From positions 44,908 to 108,907 of the forward strand of contig DATENU010000012.1 in the NCBI GenBank assembly GCA_035274845.1: a stretch of DNA of 64,000 nt. Direction: 5' to 3'. Source of the DNA: Chthoniobacterales bacterium (GTDB lineage Bacteria; Verrucomicrobiota; Verrucomicrobiia; Chthoniobacterales; UBA10450). This document shows, in pieces, positions 18,446 through 28,847 of the stretch; position 1 is the first letter of the stretch, and each line of letters opens with the position of its first letter. The translations under genes were made by a program, and so were the position numbers. A model generated the notes under the pieces. It saw nothing but the letters and a program-made list of their open reading frames with translations. It ran no database searches and had not been told where the DNA came from.

Positions 18446-20848
18446 ATGAGCCTTTGCGATCTCCATATTCATTCCCGGTTCAGCGCGCGGTCGGAGGAAT
18501 GGCTGTTCCGGCGGTTTGATTTCCCTGACAGCTATTCCGACCCGCGGGAGCTTTATCGGCTTCTGCGCGAACGGGGGATGGATTTTGTCACGATCACCGA
18601 TCACGACACGATTGAGGGCAATCTCCAAATCGCCGATCACGCAAATACTTTTATCAGTGAAGAGGTTACGACCTATTTTCCCAATGAACCGTGTAAAATT
18701 CATCTCTTGGTTTGGGGTATTTCCGAGACTCAACATTCCGAGATAACGGCTCTCCGGGAGAATATTTTCGAGCTGCAAGCTTACCTCCAGAAAGCGGTCA
18801 TCGCTCATTCGGTGGCGCACCCCCTTTACAGCATCAATGGCAAGCTCGAGGCCACCCATCTCGAACGGCTGATCCTGCTCTTCAAGCATTTCGAAGGGAT
18901 CAACGGTTTACGCGACGCTCTTCTCAGCATGCTGGCGCGGGAGCTTCTCTCGGGGCTCACGCCGGCGAAAATCGACGAGCTGGCAAATCGCCACAATCTT
19001 CAGCCCACGCATTCCGAGCCTTGGAAAAAAATCTTTACCGCTGGGTCCGATGACCACGGCGGACAGTTCGTTGCGGGCGCTCACACGGAGACGCCGCGGG
19101 CCCGCACCGCCGCCGATTTCCTCCAGCACGTTCGCAAGGGCGCCTGCACGCCGCGCGGGGAAGGCGGCACCCCACTGGCTTTGTCCCACGGCTTTTACAA
19201 TACGGTTTCCTGTTTCATCCAGGACCGGTTCACGGAACGCCTCGGGGCAAGCGCTCCCCTGCTCGAAACCATGTTCTCGCGTTTCATGGAAGGGCGCGAT
19301 CCCACCGAATTCACGTTGCGCGAAAAGGCGACCTTCATCGCGCAAGGCGTCATGTCGGGAAAAATCTTCGAGCTAGCCAAGCCGAGCAAGGTTTCACTCT
19401 GGAAAGGCCTCTCGAAGCATTTCGCGCGGCCAAAGGTGAAGGCGCGGCTGGCCAGGGAAATGGCCGGGGTGACCGAACCCGAGCGTCGAACCTTCCTCAT
19501 GGCCAATCTCGTCTGCGAACAGCTCGCGTTTCGTCTCTTCGAGAAATTCGTCCAGCAGATCCGGAGCGGAAACGTGATCGAGAGCATGCAGGCGTTGAGC
19601 GGGATCGCGCCAATTTTGGTCGTGCTCTCGCCTTACCTCTACGCTTTCTCGAGCCAGGCTCCGTCTCGCAAATGGCTCCGGGAAATTTTCCAGCAAATGA
19701 CCGGAGCGATTCCGCCCGAGCTGCAAAACCGAAAACGCGCCTGGTTTACCGACACGCTCGACGACGTGAATGGTGTCGCGACCACCATCCGGAAAATGAC
19801 GGCGGCAGGCAAGGCGGCCGGCGAGAAGCTGATCGTGGTCACCTCGCGCCGGGACCTGCAAGTAGACAACATTCCGATCAAGAATTTCCGGCCGATCGGC
19901 GAATTCGAGTTGCCCGAGTACGAGCTGCAACGCCTGAGCTTCCCGCCGATCATGCAGATTCTTGATTACGTCCAGCGTGAGCAATTCAGTGAAATCATCA
20001 TCAGCACGCCGGGCCCGATGGGTCTCACCGGATTGCTCGCGGCCAAGATGCTGAATCTGCAAACGAGCGGCATCTATCACACCGACATTCCGGAATACGT
20101 CCGGATCCTGACCGACGATCGGTTTCTCGAAAGCCTGGCCTGGAGTTACATGCATTGGCTCTACGGGCAGCTCGACACGGTTTTTGTAAACTCGGAGCAG
20201 TACCGGAAATGCTGGATCGACCGCGGGTTTGCGCCGGAGAAATTGAAGATCCTGCCGCGCGGTCTCGATACCGATCTTTTTAATCCGACCCGGCGCGATC
20301 CCCTGTTTCTGCAGGGACCCGGCGTAAATGGCAGTGAGGTCCGCCTGTTGTATGTCGGCCGTGTCTCGAAGGAAAAAGATCTCGATGTCCTGGTGGCCGC
20401 TTACCACAAGGTCCGCGAGACGGGGTTGCCGGTAAGACTTTTTGTGGTCGGGCATGGCCCCTATGCAGAGGCGCTGGCCGAGGCGCTGCCGGATGCGGTT
20501 TTCCTCGGCTACCTCAAAGGAGAAGCGCTCGCCAAGGCATACGCTTCCGCAGATGTGTTTGTTTTTCCGAGCACGACCGACACCTTCGGCAACGTGATTA
20601 TCGAAGCACAGGCCTCAGGGTTGCCCGTGATCGTGTCCGACTTGGGAGGTCCGAAGGAGCTGGTGGAGGATGGGGCGAGCGGAATTATCACCAAGGCGCA
20701 CGATGCCAATGATTTCGCCAAGGCCATCAGCCGGTTGGCTGGGGACGCGAAATTGCGGGCCCGGATGGGAGAAAAAGCGCGCCGGAGTGTCATCGACCGA
20801 AGCTGGCCGGGGGCCTTTCGCAAATTCTGGCAGGCGACCAATTTATAA
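18446..20848 (+). CDS. Fusion protein: N-terminal PHP (polymerase/histidinol-phosphatase) domain plus C-terminal GT4 glycosyltransferase
   Basis: 800-aa ORF. N-terminus CDLHIHSRFS...ITDHD has PHP metal ligands. C-terminus has the GT4 signature (FVFPSTTDTFGNVIIEAQASGLPVIVSDLGGPKELVEDGASG). Confidence 0.75.
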   Translation: MSLCDLHIHSRFSARSEEWLFRRFDFPDSYSDPRELYRLLRERGMDFVTITDHDTIEGNLQIADHANTFISEEVTTYFPNEPCKIHLLVWGISETQHSEITALRENIFELQAYLQKAVIAHSVAHPLYSINGKLEATHLERLILLFKHFEGINGLRDALLSMLARELLSGLTPAKIDELANRHNLQPTHSEPWKKIFTAGSDDHGGQFVAGAHTETPRARTAADFLQHVRKGACTPRGEGGTPLALSHGFYNTVSCFIQDRFTERLGASAPLLETMFSRFMEGRDPTEFTLREKATFIAQGVMSGKIFELAKPSKVSLWKGLSKHFARPKVKARLAREMAGVTEPERRTFLMANLVCEQLAFRLFEKFVQQIRSGNVIESMQALSGIAPILVVLSPYLYAFSSQAPSRKWLREIFQQMTGAIPPELQNRKRAWFTDTLDDVNGVATTIRKMTAAGKAAGEKLIVVTSRRDLQVDNIPIKNFRPIGEFELPEYELQRLSFPPIMQILDYVQREQFSEIIISTPGPMGLTGLLAAKMLNLQTSGIYHTDIPEYVRILTDDRFLESLAWSYMHWLYGQLDTVFVNSEQYRKCWIDRGFAPEKLKILPRGLDTDLFNPTRRDPLFLQGPGVNGSEVRLLYVGRVSKEKDLDVLVAAYHKVRETGLPVRLFVVGHGPYAEALAEALPDAVFLGYLKGEALAKAYASADVFVFPSTTDTFGNVIIEAQASGLPVIVSDLGGPKELVEDGASGIITKAHDANDFAKAISRLAGDAKLRARMGEKARRSVIDRSWPGAFRKFWQATNL

Positions 20849-20873
20849 TTTTCATACGATAAAATGATGCAAT

Positions 20874-21671
20874 ATGCGCGTCCTTCTCTGCCTCTTGCTC
20901 CTGCTAGCCCTCCCCCTTGGACGGCTCAGAGCGGACGAAACCATCCGGCAGGTGCAGGAAGAGCTGCGCAAGCGCAATCTCTATTTCGGCAACATCGACG
21001 GTCGGACTAGCGACGAACTCGCCGGCGCCCTGAAGCGCTATCAGAACCGGAAAGGGTTCGTGGTCACTGGTAGCGTCGACCAGGAGACCGCAAATTCATT
21101 GCATGTGCAGGCGGCCACCGTCGCGTCAACGGCAACGTTGCCCGATGAGCCAGTCCTGCGAAGCGACTCCGCGAGCGCAATGCCGGAATCCCAACGTCTC
21201 GCCCTGCAAAAGGAAGCCGAAGCCAACCCGGACCTCACCCCGAGCCCGGCCCCACCGGCCGAGCCGCCTGCTGCCGGGCAGGACCTGAGTCCGGAGCGGG
21301 TGACAAAATTCGTTCAGGATTACTTGCGCGACGGAGAAAGTCAGGACGTGGCCAGCCAGGTAAAATATTACGCGTTTCCGGTCCAATATTTCGACCATGG
21401 GACCGTCGCGGAAGAATTTGTTACCAAGGACACCCGCAACTACGTCGAGCGCTGGCCACAACGAAAATATGCCCTGGAGGGTCCGGTGAGCTTTTTCGCA
21501 GGGGATGAAGGGACGACGAACATAGAATTTACGTATTCTTTTGAACTTCAGAGCGCGGCCCGAAAGACGAAGAAGAACGCCAGGGGCCGCGCAAAACACC
21601 GATGGACCATCCGATCGGAAGGGGGCGAACTAAAAATAGTTGCGATTAAGGAGCAGCGTTTACACGAATAA
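20874..21671 (+). CDS. Secreted protein with a peptidoglycan-binding (PG_binding_1-like) domain
   Basis: 265-aa ORF; signal peptide, then LAGALKRYQNRKGFVVTGSVDQET resembling PG-binding domain 1. Confidence 0.55.
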   Translation: MRVLLCLLLLLALPLGRLRADETIRQVQEELRKRNLYFGNIDGRTSDELAGALKRYQNRKGFVVTGSVDQETANSLHVQAATVASTATLPDEPVLRSDSASAMPESQRLALQKEAEANPDLTPSPAPPAEPPAAGQDLSPERVTKFVQDYLRDGESQDVASQVKYYAFPVQYFDHGTVAEEFVTKDTRNYVERWPQRKYALEGPVSFFAGDEGTTNIEFTYSFELQSAARKTKKNARGRAKHRWTIRSEGGELKIVAIKEQRLHE

Positions 21672-21747
21672 ATAGATGGGGAAACCGTCTGATCGAGTCT
21701 GGCTTGCGTGACTCGGCGGCGGTAGGGCCGGGAATCAGGGATCCAGT

Positions 21748-23937
21748 ATGAAAGTCCAAACCAAGATCACGCTTCTGCTTCTCGTCGTGGTCGCCACTTT
21801 CATGGCCGGCCTCGGGGCTTTCCGGCTTTACGATCGGCAAAAGTTTGCCCGGATCACCAAGGAGCGGGAAATCGAGCGCAAGCAGTCGTTCGAAGCATTT
21901 CTGAAAAAGGACGGTGAGCCGCTCAAAACGCTGGCGGATTACGACACCACCTGGGACCAGATGGTGCAGGCGATCCAGAAAAAGGACGCCGCCTGGTTCG
22001 AGGACAACGTCAACAAGGAAACTCTGCTCGGCTACAAAGCGAACGCGGTCTGGATATACGATCGCGACGGAAGCCTGGTCTACTCAAAAAACAGCACCGG
22101 CGAAACGCCTGGTCTTCTTCCCCTCCCCCCGGGTGGATTAGGTCAACTTTTCGCCAACGACCCGACGGCCCACTTCTTCGTCACGATCGGTTCCGACCTG
22201 TTGGAAATCCGCGGCGCCACTGTCCATGGCTCGATGGACTTCAACCGCCAGACTCCGCGACAGGGGTTTTTCTTTGTCGGCCGTTTGTGGAACGCGGCCG
22301 CCGTGGATGAGATGGCGATCTTTTCGAGCAACCAAATCCGGCTGGTTATGCCACCGAGCGAGCGCGAGATCCTGCCCCAGGACCGCGAACACGCCGGGGT
22401 GGTGACGTTTTCCCAAATGCTGACGGGCTGGGATGGAACGCCGCTCGCGCAATTGGTGGTTCGAAATGAATCCCCGGTTGTTCGCGAACTGACTCGTTCC
22501 AGCGAGCGGCTTCTTCTCTGGTTTTGCATCTTCGCCGTGGTCGTTCTCCTCCTGATTTCCTGTTCGCTCGTGCGTTGGGTTAGCCACCCTCTTCGCCAAA
22601 TTATGGCGAGCCTGAGACGGAACGATCCGAAGCCGATCGAGGGCATGTGCAAGGATGACTCGGAGTTCGGAGAAATGGCGCGGACCACGAAGCAATTCTT
22701 CGAACAGCGCGACAACCTCATCCGCGAGATGGAAGAGCGGCGCGTGACCGAGGAGGCGCTGCGCAAAAGCGAAGAGGAACTCCGGCATTCGCAAAAAATG
22801 GAAGCGGTCGGCCGGCTCGCGGGCGGGGTCGCGCATGACTTCAACAACCTTCTCACCGCCATCATCGGTTATGCGGAATTGATCGCCACTCGCACGAGCA
22901 GCAATTCACTCGCGAAACAGAACGCCGAGCTGATTCGCAAAGCGGGCGAGCAGGCGGCCGCGCTCACCCGCCAGCTCCTGGCCTTTAGCCGCAAACAAAT
23001 TCTCCAGCCGAAGGTCATCGACCTCAACACCCTGGTCGTGGAGATGGAGCGCTTGTTGCGGCGCGTTATTGGCGAACGTTTCGATTTGCAATCCCATCCC
23101 GACGCCGACGTCGGCCGGGTCAAAGCGGATCCGAGCCAGATCGAACAGGTCGTGCTGAATCTCGGAGTCAACGCGCGCGACGCCATGCCTCGGGGCGGTA
23201 AGCTCATCATTCGGACGGACAACGTCACCCTCGATTACAAGGCCGCCCGGCACCTCTCCGTCACTCCGGGCGATTACGTGATGCTCTCGGTCACCGATAC
23301 CGGCGCGGGAATGGATGAAGAAACCAAGTCCCACATCTTCGAGCCGTTCTTTACCACGAAAGGGCCGGGCAAAGGGACCGGCCTCGGCCTCGCCACGGTT
23401 TATGGGATCGTCCGGCAAACCGGCGGCGGAATCTCCGTGGAAAGTGAGCCCGGCAAGGGAAGCACTTTCCGGATTTACCTGCCGCAGGTTTCAGCACCGA
23501 TCGATTACACTCGAAGCCACTCCGCGCCCGTGGACAAATCGGATAATTTTGAGACGGTGCTCGTGGTCGAGGATGAGGACATTGTGCGCGAGCTGGTCTG
23601 CGAAGTTCTCGAAGACCAGGGTTACAATGTCATTTGCGCGGCCGATGGCCTCGAGGCCTTGAAGATGGCGGAGGAGTTCGACGGCACCATTCATCTTCTG
23701 GTCACCGATGTCATCATGCCGCATATGAACGGCCACGAATTGGCCGAAAAACTTTCCAGCCTCCGTCCCGAGATCAAGATCCTCTACGTCTCCGGCTACT
23801 CCGATAACGACATTGGCGACCACGGAATTCTCGATCCGCGGTTCGAGCTGCTTCAGAAACCGTTCACGCCCCAGACCCTGGCCCGGAAGATTCGCGACGT
23901 GATCCTCGAGGGCAAGTATGCCTGCGCCGAGAAATGA
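21748..23937 (+). CDS. Hybrid sensor histidine kinase / response regulator
   Basis: 729-aa ORF; N-terminal TM plus periplasmic sensor, second TM, HisKA H-box ([12 protein letters not shown]), HATPase_c (GTGLGLATV), C-terminal REC domain (LVVEDED...D...K). Confidence 0.88.
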   Translation: MKVQTKITLLLLVVVATFMAGLGAFRLYDRQKFARITKEREIERKQSFEAFLKKDGEPLKTLADYDTTWDQMVQAIQKKDAAWFEDNVNKETLLGYKANAVWIYDRDGSLVYSKNSTGETPGLLPLPPGGLGQLFANDPTAHFFVTIGSDLLEIRGATVHGSMDFNRQTPRQGFFFVGRLWNAAAVDEMAIFSSNQIRLVMPPSEREILPQDREHAGVVTFSQMLTGWDGTPLAQLVVRNESPVVRELTRSSERLLLWFCIFAVVVLLLISCSLVRWVSHPLRQIMASLRRNDPKPIEGMCKDDSEFGEMARTTKQFFEQRDNLIREMEERRVTEEALRKSEEELRHSQKMEAVGRLAGGVAHDFNNLLTAIIGYAELIATRTSSNSLAKQNAELIRKAGEQAAALTRQLLAFSRKQILQPKVIDLNTLVVEMERLLRRVIGERFDLQSHPDADVGRVKADPSQIEQVVLNLGVNARDAMPRGGKLIIRTDNVTLDYKAARHLSVTPGDYVMLSVTDTGAGMDEETKSHIFEPFFTTKGPGKGTGLGLATVYGIVRQTGGGISVESEPGKGSTFRIYLPQVSAPIDYTRSHSAPVDKSDNFETVLVVEDEDIVRELVCEVLEDQGYNVICAADGLEALKMAEEFDGTIHLLVTDVIMPHMNGHELAEKLSSLRPEIKILYVSGYSDNDIGDHGILDPRFELLQKPFTPQTLARKIRDVILEGKYACAEK

Positions 23938-24478
23938 GTTGGCGCAGCGCGGACTCCTCCAAATCCGACTCCCGCGCCTGATTACCACGCGTCGGATCGC
24001 TGGGGGGTTGTTAGCGGCCACCACGTTGATCTGCTCTGATTGCAAGCGACCGGCCTCCCAAGCGCGGAGGGAACACGCGGAGGAAAAGCCGGCCGCATCG
24101 GCGCTCGCTTCCTCGCCGAAAGCGGAACCAGAAAAGAAAGCGGTTGAGCGCGAAGTTCACGCCGTGTGGTACGATGTGCCGGCTGAGTCGCTGGCCAAAC
24201 GGCGCGCCGGCAACGGTGAATTGACCGCCGCTCATAATCACCTTCCGCTGGGAACGCTTGTCCGCGTGACGCATGTGGCGAACGGCAAGAGCGTGATTGT
24301 GCGCATCACGGACCGTGGCATCACCAGTCGACACGCCACCATTGATCTCTGCAAGGAAGCCGCAGAAAAGCTCGATATCCTTCGCGAAGGATCGGCGCTC
24401 GTCCGCCTCGAAGTATTGCCCGACGACAAAGGCGCTGCTGCGAAGACCGATTCACCCGCTCCCGCGCTGCCGCCCTAA
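23918..24478 (+). CDS. rlpA: RlpA-like (septal ring lytic transglycosylase, double-psi beta-barrel) lipoprotein
   Basis: 186-aa ORF; AVWYD...TAAHNHLPLGTLVRVTHVANGKSVIVRITDRG matches the RlpA DPBB core. Start uncertain (overlaps the HK 3' end). Confidence 0.7.
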   Translation: MPAPRNELAQRGLLQIRLPRLITTRRIAGGLLAATTLICSDCKRPASQARREHAEEKPAASALASSPKAEPEKKAVEREVHAVWYDVPAESLAKRRAGNGELTAAHNHLPLGTLVRVTHVANGKSVIVRITDRGITSRHATIDLCKEAAEKLDILREGSALVRLEVLPDDKGAAAKTDSPAPALPP

Positions 24479-24480
24479 CT

Positions 24481-25455
24481 TTAGGGCATGCCCGGGGGAG
24501 TAGGTGGTGGCAACATTTCGTTTGGCGGCTGGGTGGACGCATCCGCCGGGGCGGCAACGCCGACCGCAGCCCAGACATCGTAGGGATCGCCAAATTGCCG
24601 GAAGAACAACAGCTTGAACGCAGCCATCCAGACGAGCGCGGGCAAAAGCAGCACCGTGTTGATGTAAGGCAGGCCGCCGATGCAGCAGGTCACGCATGTC
24701 ACGATCGTCCCAATGACCGCCACCCCGACCGCCAGCACAATGCCAAACAGGATAAACAGAACAAACGGTCCCGGATTACCAAGAATCAGTTTGGCGACGT
24801 CGAGGAACGCCTCCTTCGCCCGGCAGCGCCGCCGATACATGACCGGGACCATAAACGCCGAGACCACTCCAAAGAACAAGGCGAAGGCCATCCAGATCAG
24901 GCCGATCACAACTATTCCAATGACGACAAACACTGTTCCGGGATCGGAGTCGCCATGAAACTTAAAGAAACAAAGCCACAGGAACAGCGCCGCGATTGCG
25001 ACGATCAGGAGCGCGCCGCACGCAATCAGGAGCGAGAATAGGAAAAAGCTGTTGCCTTCGCGGCGATATTCCCGCCAGGGGTCGGCGATGGCCGCGCGGT
25101 TTTTCACGATGCAATCCGTGAAGATGAATTTGCCCCGCGCCGAAACCCACATCCAGACCACCGCAAAAACGAGAGCAACAAGAACGATCCCGACGACGAT
25201 GCCAATGATCCACGGGGTTGCGTCCCAAGGAAGATTGCCGTGTGACTCGGAGCGATATTTCCAGTCACCCTTTCCCAAGTTGCCGAGCTGGCCGCCGGGA
25301 TTAAATCCGCCGCCGACCGCGCCACTCAAAAAAGCAGCGAAGGCGATGACGAACCATCTCCCTGCATCGAACGGACGAAAAAGCATCGTCTTCATCCATT
25401 CGGAGGCCGCCCCAAACGGCGCGAAAATTTCGATCTTCGGTTTCTCCCCGTTCAT
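24481..25455 (-). CDS. Hypothetical polytopic membrane protein
   Basis: 324-aa ORF with at least 7 hydrophobic helices and a Pro-rich C-terminus; no confident family. Confidence 0.45.
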   Translation of the reverse strand: MNGEKPKIEIFAPFGAASEWMKTMLFRPFDAGRWFVIAFAAFLSGAVGGGFNPGGQLGNLGKGDWKYRSESHGNLPWDATPWIIGIVVGIVLVALVFAVVWMWVSARGKFIFTDCIVKNRAAIADPWREYRREGNSFFLFSLLIACGALLIVAIAALFLWLCFFKFHGDSDPGTVFVVIGIVVIGLIWMAFALFFGVVSAFMVPVMYRRRCRAKEAFLDVAKLILGNPGPFVLFILFGIVLAVGVAVIGTIVTCVTCCIGGLPYINTVLLLPALVWMAAFKLLFFRQFGDPYDVWAAVGVAAPADASTQPPNEMLPPPTPPGMP

Positions 25456-25589
25456 GCCGGAATTTCACTCCTTTGCTGCGACAGTTTCAAGCTTCGTATC
25501 CCGGAATTCTAGCGCCCCGCGGATCGGAAGCTCGCCGCAAGATGGCTTGTCTTCGGAAGCGCCTTCCTTCGGCTGAACTTCGCGATAGA

Positions 25590-25898
25590 ATGAAATCGAT
25601 GGCGAACCGCAAACAAACCAGGCCCAAAACACCGGACGTCTGTCCAGTCTGCGGCGAAGATGTTCCCCGGGGCGCACTGGCCTGCCCTGAATGCGGCGCC
25701 GATCACAATTCGGGCTGGCGCGAAGATGCCGCCGATTATGACGGCCTCGATTTGCCGGACGAGAATTTCGATTACGACGATTTCCTCCGGCGTGAATTTC
25801 CTTCTGAAGTCAGACCGCCGGGAATCAAGCCGATTTGGTGGATCACCGCGATCGTGCTTCTCGCGCTTGGCATCGCGTTCTATTTTTTCAGGCACTGA
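25590..25898 (+). CDS. Zinc-ribbon protein with C-terminal TM helix (hypothetical)
   Basis: ORF 25473-25898; CPVCG...CPECG zinc ribbon and a C-terminal hydrophobic anchor; start choice uncertain. Confidence 0.45.
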   Translation: MKSMANRKQTRPKTPDVCPVCGEDVPRGALACPECGADHNSGWREDAADYDGLDLPDENFDYDDFLRREFPSEVRPPGIKPIWWITAIVLLALGIAFYFFRH

Positions 25899-25903
25899 AA
25901 CGA

Positions 25904-26230
25904 ATGCGTCTCCGCCACGTCTACCTCGCGCTCTGTCTCCCCGGGCTTGTCCTGCCCTACTGGAAACTCGTTCCCTGGATCATCGATCACGGCCTGAACC
26001 TGACGTTGCTTTGCCAGGAATTGTTCGCGACCCGCATCGGCGCGTTCTTTGGGCTCGACGTCGTCGTTTCCGCAATCGTCCTTTTCGTTTTTGTCGCGAC
26101 CGAAGGCCGGCGCCTCGCGATGCCGCGCCTCTGGCTTCCCATCCTCGCCACCCTTCTGGTCGGCGTTTCGCTCGGCCTGCCACTCTTCCTTTATCTTCGC
26201 CAGCGCCGCCTCGACGCCGGCCCTCTGTAG
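25904..26230 (+). CDS. Small membrane protein (DUF2834-like)
   Basis: ORF 25835-26230 with internal M at 25904 (MRLRHVYLALCLPGLVLPYW...); 3 hydrophobic helices. Confidence 0.45.
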   Translation: MRLRHVYLALCLPGLVLPYWKLVPWIIDHGLNLTLLCQELFATRIGAFFGLDVVVSAIVLFVFVATEGRRLAMPRLWLPILATLLVGVSLGLPLFLYLRQRRLDAGPL

Positions 26231-26312
26231 CGGCGGTCTCAGACCGTCGACATCGAGACATCGCCCGCGCTCTCGTTGACTTGATTCGGATTGATTTTAC
26301 GTTGCGGAACCG

Positions 26313-28121
26313 GTGCCGCGCCGGTTTGAAACCGTGAAAAGCGTCCTTTTCGTTTGTACTGGAAATATCTGCCGAAGCCCGATGGCGGAGGGCCTTTTTC
26401 GCCGTCTGCTCGGCAATCGCAAGGACATCGAAATCGCGTCCGCCGGTGTGCACGCAGTCCGGGGGCAACCGCCGAGTTTGCATGCCATTCACGTCTGCGA
26501 GCAGGAAGGGGTCGACATCCGCGGATTGCGAAGCCAGCCGCTTACCGCCGCGATGGTCGACCGCGCCACCCACATCTTCGCGATGACGGGCGCCCATCTC
26601 GACACGATCCACACCTACTTTCCCCAGGCGATCGACAAAACGTTTCTCCTTCGCGAATTCGAGGAACCCTGCGTGTCGCTCGATGTGCCGGACCCGATCG
26701 GGTGCAGCCGGGACGTTTACAACCACTGCGCCGGCACAATCAAAAACGCTTTACCGACCGTGCTCGCGTTCGTAGAACAAAGCGAACTCGCAGTCCCTGC
26801 GAAATCGCGCGGCGGCGGAACCTCATCTTTCACCATGGCAGATCCCGACATCTCATCCGGCTCCGGAAAAACATCCACTTCGACCGGAGGCCCGTTGAGC
26901 AAGGTCGATCCCGAAATTTTCGCCGCCGTCCAGGCCGAAGAGAATCGGCAACGCGAAAATATCGAGCTGATCGCGTCCGAAAATTTCACCAGCCGCGCCG
27001 TGATGGAAGCGCAGGGCAGCGTTCTCACCAACAAATACGCGGAAGGTTACCCGAAGAAGCGCTGGTATGGCGGTTGTGAAAATGTCGATACCGTCGAGCA
27101 GCTCGCGATCGACCGCGCGAAGCAGCTCTTCGGTTGCGAGCACGTCAACGTCCAGCCGCACTCCGGCGCCCAGGCGAACATGGCCGTTTACTTCTCGATG
27201 CTGAAGCCCGGCGACAAAATTCTTGCGATGAATCTCGCCCATGGCGGCCATCTCACCCACGGCCATCCCGCGAATTTCTCCGGCAAATTCTACGAAGTCT
27301 CGCAATACGGTGTCAGCGCCGAGACCGAGCAGATCGATTACGACGCGTTGCAAAAACAGGCCGAGGAGTTTCGTCCCGCCATGATCACGGCCGGCGCCTC
27401 AGCCTACCCGCGCATCATCGATTTCCCGCGGATGCGCCAGATCGCCGATTCCGTCGGCGCGCTTTTGTTCATCGACATGGCGCACATCTCCGGCCTCGTC
27501 GCCGGCGGCCAGCATCCCAGCCCGATCCCGCACGCCCAGTTCGTCACCACCACCACGCACAAAAGCCTGCGCGGCCCGCGCGGCGGCATCACGATGTGTA
27601 CCGCCGAACACGCGAAAGCGATTGACGGCACTGTCTTCCCCGGCATTCAGGGCGGCCCGCTCATGCACGTCATCGCGGCGAAAGCCGTCTGCTTCCACGA
27701 AGCCCTCCAGCCCGGCTTCCGCGATTACCAGCGCCAGGTCGTGGTCAACGCCAAAGCCCTCGCCGCTGGATTAACCAAACACGGTTACCGGATCACCTCC
27801 GGCGGCACCGACAACCACCTCATGCTGGTCGATCTGCGCCCGAAAGATTTGAACGGCAAAGTCGCCCAGGAAGTCCTCGACCGCGCCGGTATCACCGTGA
27901 ACAAGAACGGCATCCCCTTTGACACCTACCCCATCTTCAAACCCGGCGGCATCCGCATCGGCACACCCGCCGTCACCACGCGCGGCATGAAAGAAGAAGA
28001 TATGCTGGAAATCGCCGACCTCATCAACGACGCCCTCCAAGCCCGCGACGACCAACCCGCACTCGACCAAATCCGCGGAAAGGTGCGCGAACTGACGCGA
28101 AGATTTCCGCTACCGAGCTAA
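26313..28121 (+). CDS. glyA: Single ORF joining an LMW phosphotyrosine/arginine phosphatase domain (aa 1 to about 155) and serine hydroxymethyltransferase (aa about 185 to 602) through a G/S/T-rich linker
   Basis: [16 protein letters not shown] (CX5R P-loop) at the N-terminus. SHMT core [10 protein letters not shown]...[10 protein letters not shown] (PLP-lysine) follows. No stop between domains, same frame; internal ATG at 26835. Confidence 0.8.
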   Translation: MPRRFETVKSVLFVCTGNICRSPMAEGLFRRLLGNRKDIEIASAGVHAVRGQPPSLHAIHVCEQEGVDIRGLRSQPLTAAMVDRATHIFAMTGAHLDTIHTYFPQAIDKTFLLREFEEPCVSLDVPDPIGCSRDVYNHCAGTIKNALPTVLAFVEQSELAVPAKSRGGGTSSFTMADPDISSGSGKTSTSTGGPLSKVDPEIFAAVQAEENRQRENIELIASENFTSRAVMEAQGSVLTNKYAEGYPKKRWYGGCENVDTVEQLAIDRAKQLFGCEHVNVQPHSGAQANMAVYFSMLKPGDKILAMNLAHGGHLTHGHPANFSGKFYEVSQYGVSAETEQIDYDALQKQAEEFRPAMITAGASAYPRIIDFPRMRQIADSVGALLFIDMAHISGLVAGGQHPSPIPHAQFVTTTTHKSLRGPRGGITMCTAEHAKAIDGTVFPGIQGGPLMHVIAAKAVCFHEALQPGFRDYQRQVVVNAKALAAGLTKHGYRITSGGTDNHLMLVDLRPKDLNGKVAQEVLDRAGITVNKNGIPFDTYPIFKPGGIRIGTPAVTTRGMKEEDMLEIADLINDALQARDDQPALDQIRGKVRELTRRFPLPS

Positions 28122-28133
28122 GCCGCGACTGCA

Positions 28134-28337
28134 ATGAAAACGAAAACGGTCGGTAAGCGTATGGCGAAAACCCCTGAGGAGTTTCACTCGCTCGGCGCGC
28201 AGCTTGATCTCGAAGCAAGAGCCTTGGATCCGAATCGCCCAACTGGTTTCATCGTAAAATTCCGCACTTGGGAGGATCACGAGCGCTGGGAGAAAGATCG
28301 GTTGGTCGAACAGGCACGCCGAGTCCGCGCCGGATGA
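28134..28337 (+). CDS. Small hypothetical protein (67 aa), first gene of a two-gene cassette
   Basis: Starts 12 bp after the serine hydroxymethyltransferase ORF stop; its TGA overlaps the ATG of the next gene (ATGA). Confidence 0.4.
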   Translation: MKTKTVGKRMAKTPEEFHSLGAQLDLEARALDPNRPTGFIVKFRTWEDHERWEKDRLVEQARRVRAG

Positions 28338-28792
28338 ACGAACAGGCGCCTTTAGTCCGGGTCTGTTCGCTATTAAACAAGCACGACGCGAGATACCTCG
28401 TGGTCGGAGCACGCGCGTGCTGGTTGCACGGCTATGTCAGAGCAACGTTGGACGTAGACATCCTCGTTCCTGAGGATTTGCAGAATCACAAGCGCATCAT
28501 CGCCGCGCTTTCAGAATTAAGGGACGGCTTCGCTGCCGAGCTGAGCCCTCAGGATTTCGTTGAGAACGTCGTGGTAAAAATCGCCGACGAAGTTGAAGTC
28601 GATATCAGCACGCGCGCTTGGAAAGTCACGTTCGATGAAGCGGAGAAATCCGGGCTCAATCGGACAATTGAGGGAGTGCGCGTTCCGTATGTTGATTTAC
28701 AGACCCTGATCAAGAGCAAAACTACTCACCGCGAACAGGACAAGGTGGATGTCGAGCGTTTGCGCGAGATTCAACGAGACAGCGATCGGTGA
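28334..28792 (+). CDS. Minimal nucleotidyltransferase-fold protein (pol-beta superfamily-like, hG[GA]...DxD)
   Basis: 152 aa from ATG 28334; LVVGARACWLHGYVRATLDVDILV resembles the NTase active-site strand-turn; translationally coupled to the upstream small ORF. Confidence 0.5.
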   Translation: MNEQAPLVRVCSLLNKHDARYLVVGARACWLHGYVRATLDVDILVPEDLQNHKRIIAALSELRDGFAAELSPQDFVENVVVKIADEVEVDISTRAWKVTFDEAEKSGLNRTIEGVRVPYVDLQTLIKSKTTHREQDKVDVERLREIQRDSDR

Positions 28793-28847
28793 CTTTCAGA
28801 TCGCCCTCGGCGGGCAATGACTGCGAGATGATATGGCCCATTCCCAC

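Noticed and set aside
26835-28121. Annotating serine hydroxymethyltransferase as a separate gene starting at the internal ATG 26835
   Set aside because: Not excluded, but there is no stop codon between the phosphatase domain and this ATG in the same frame, and the intervening G/S/T-rich segment looks like a linker. It is reported as one ORF with the alternative noted
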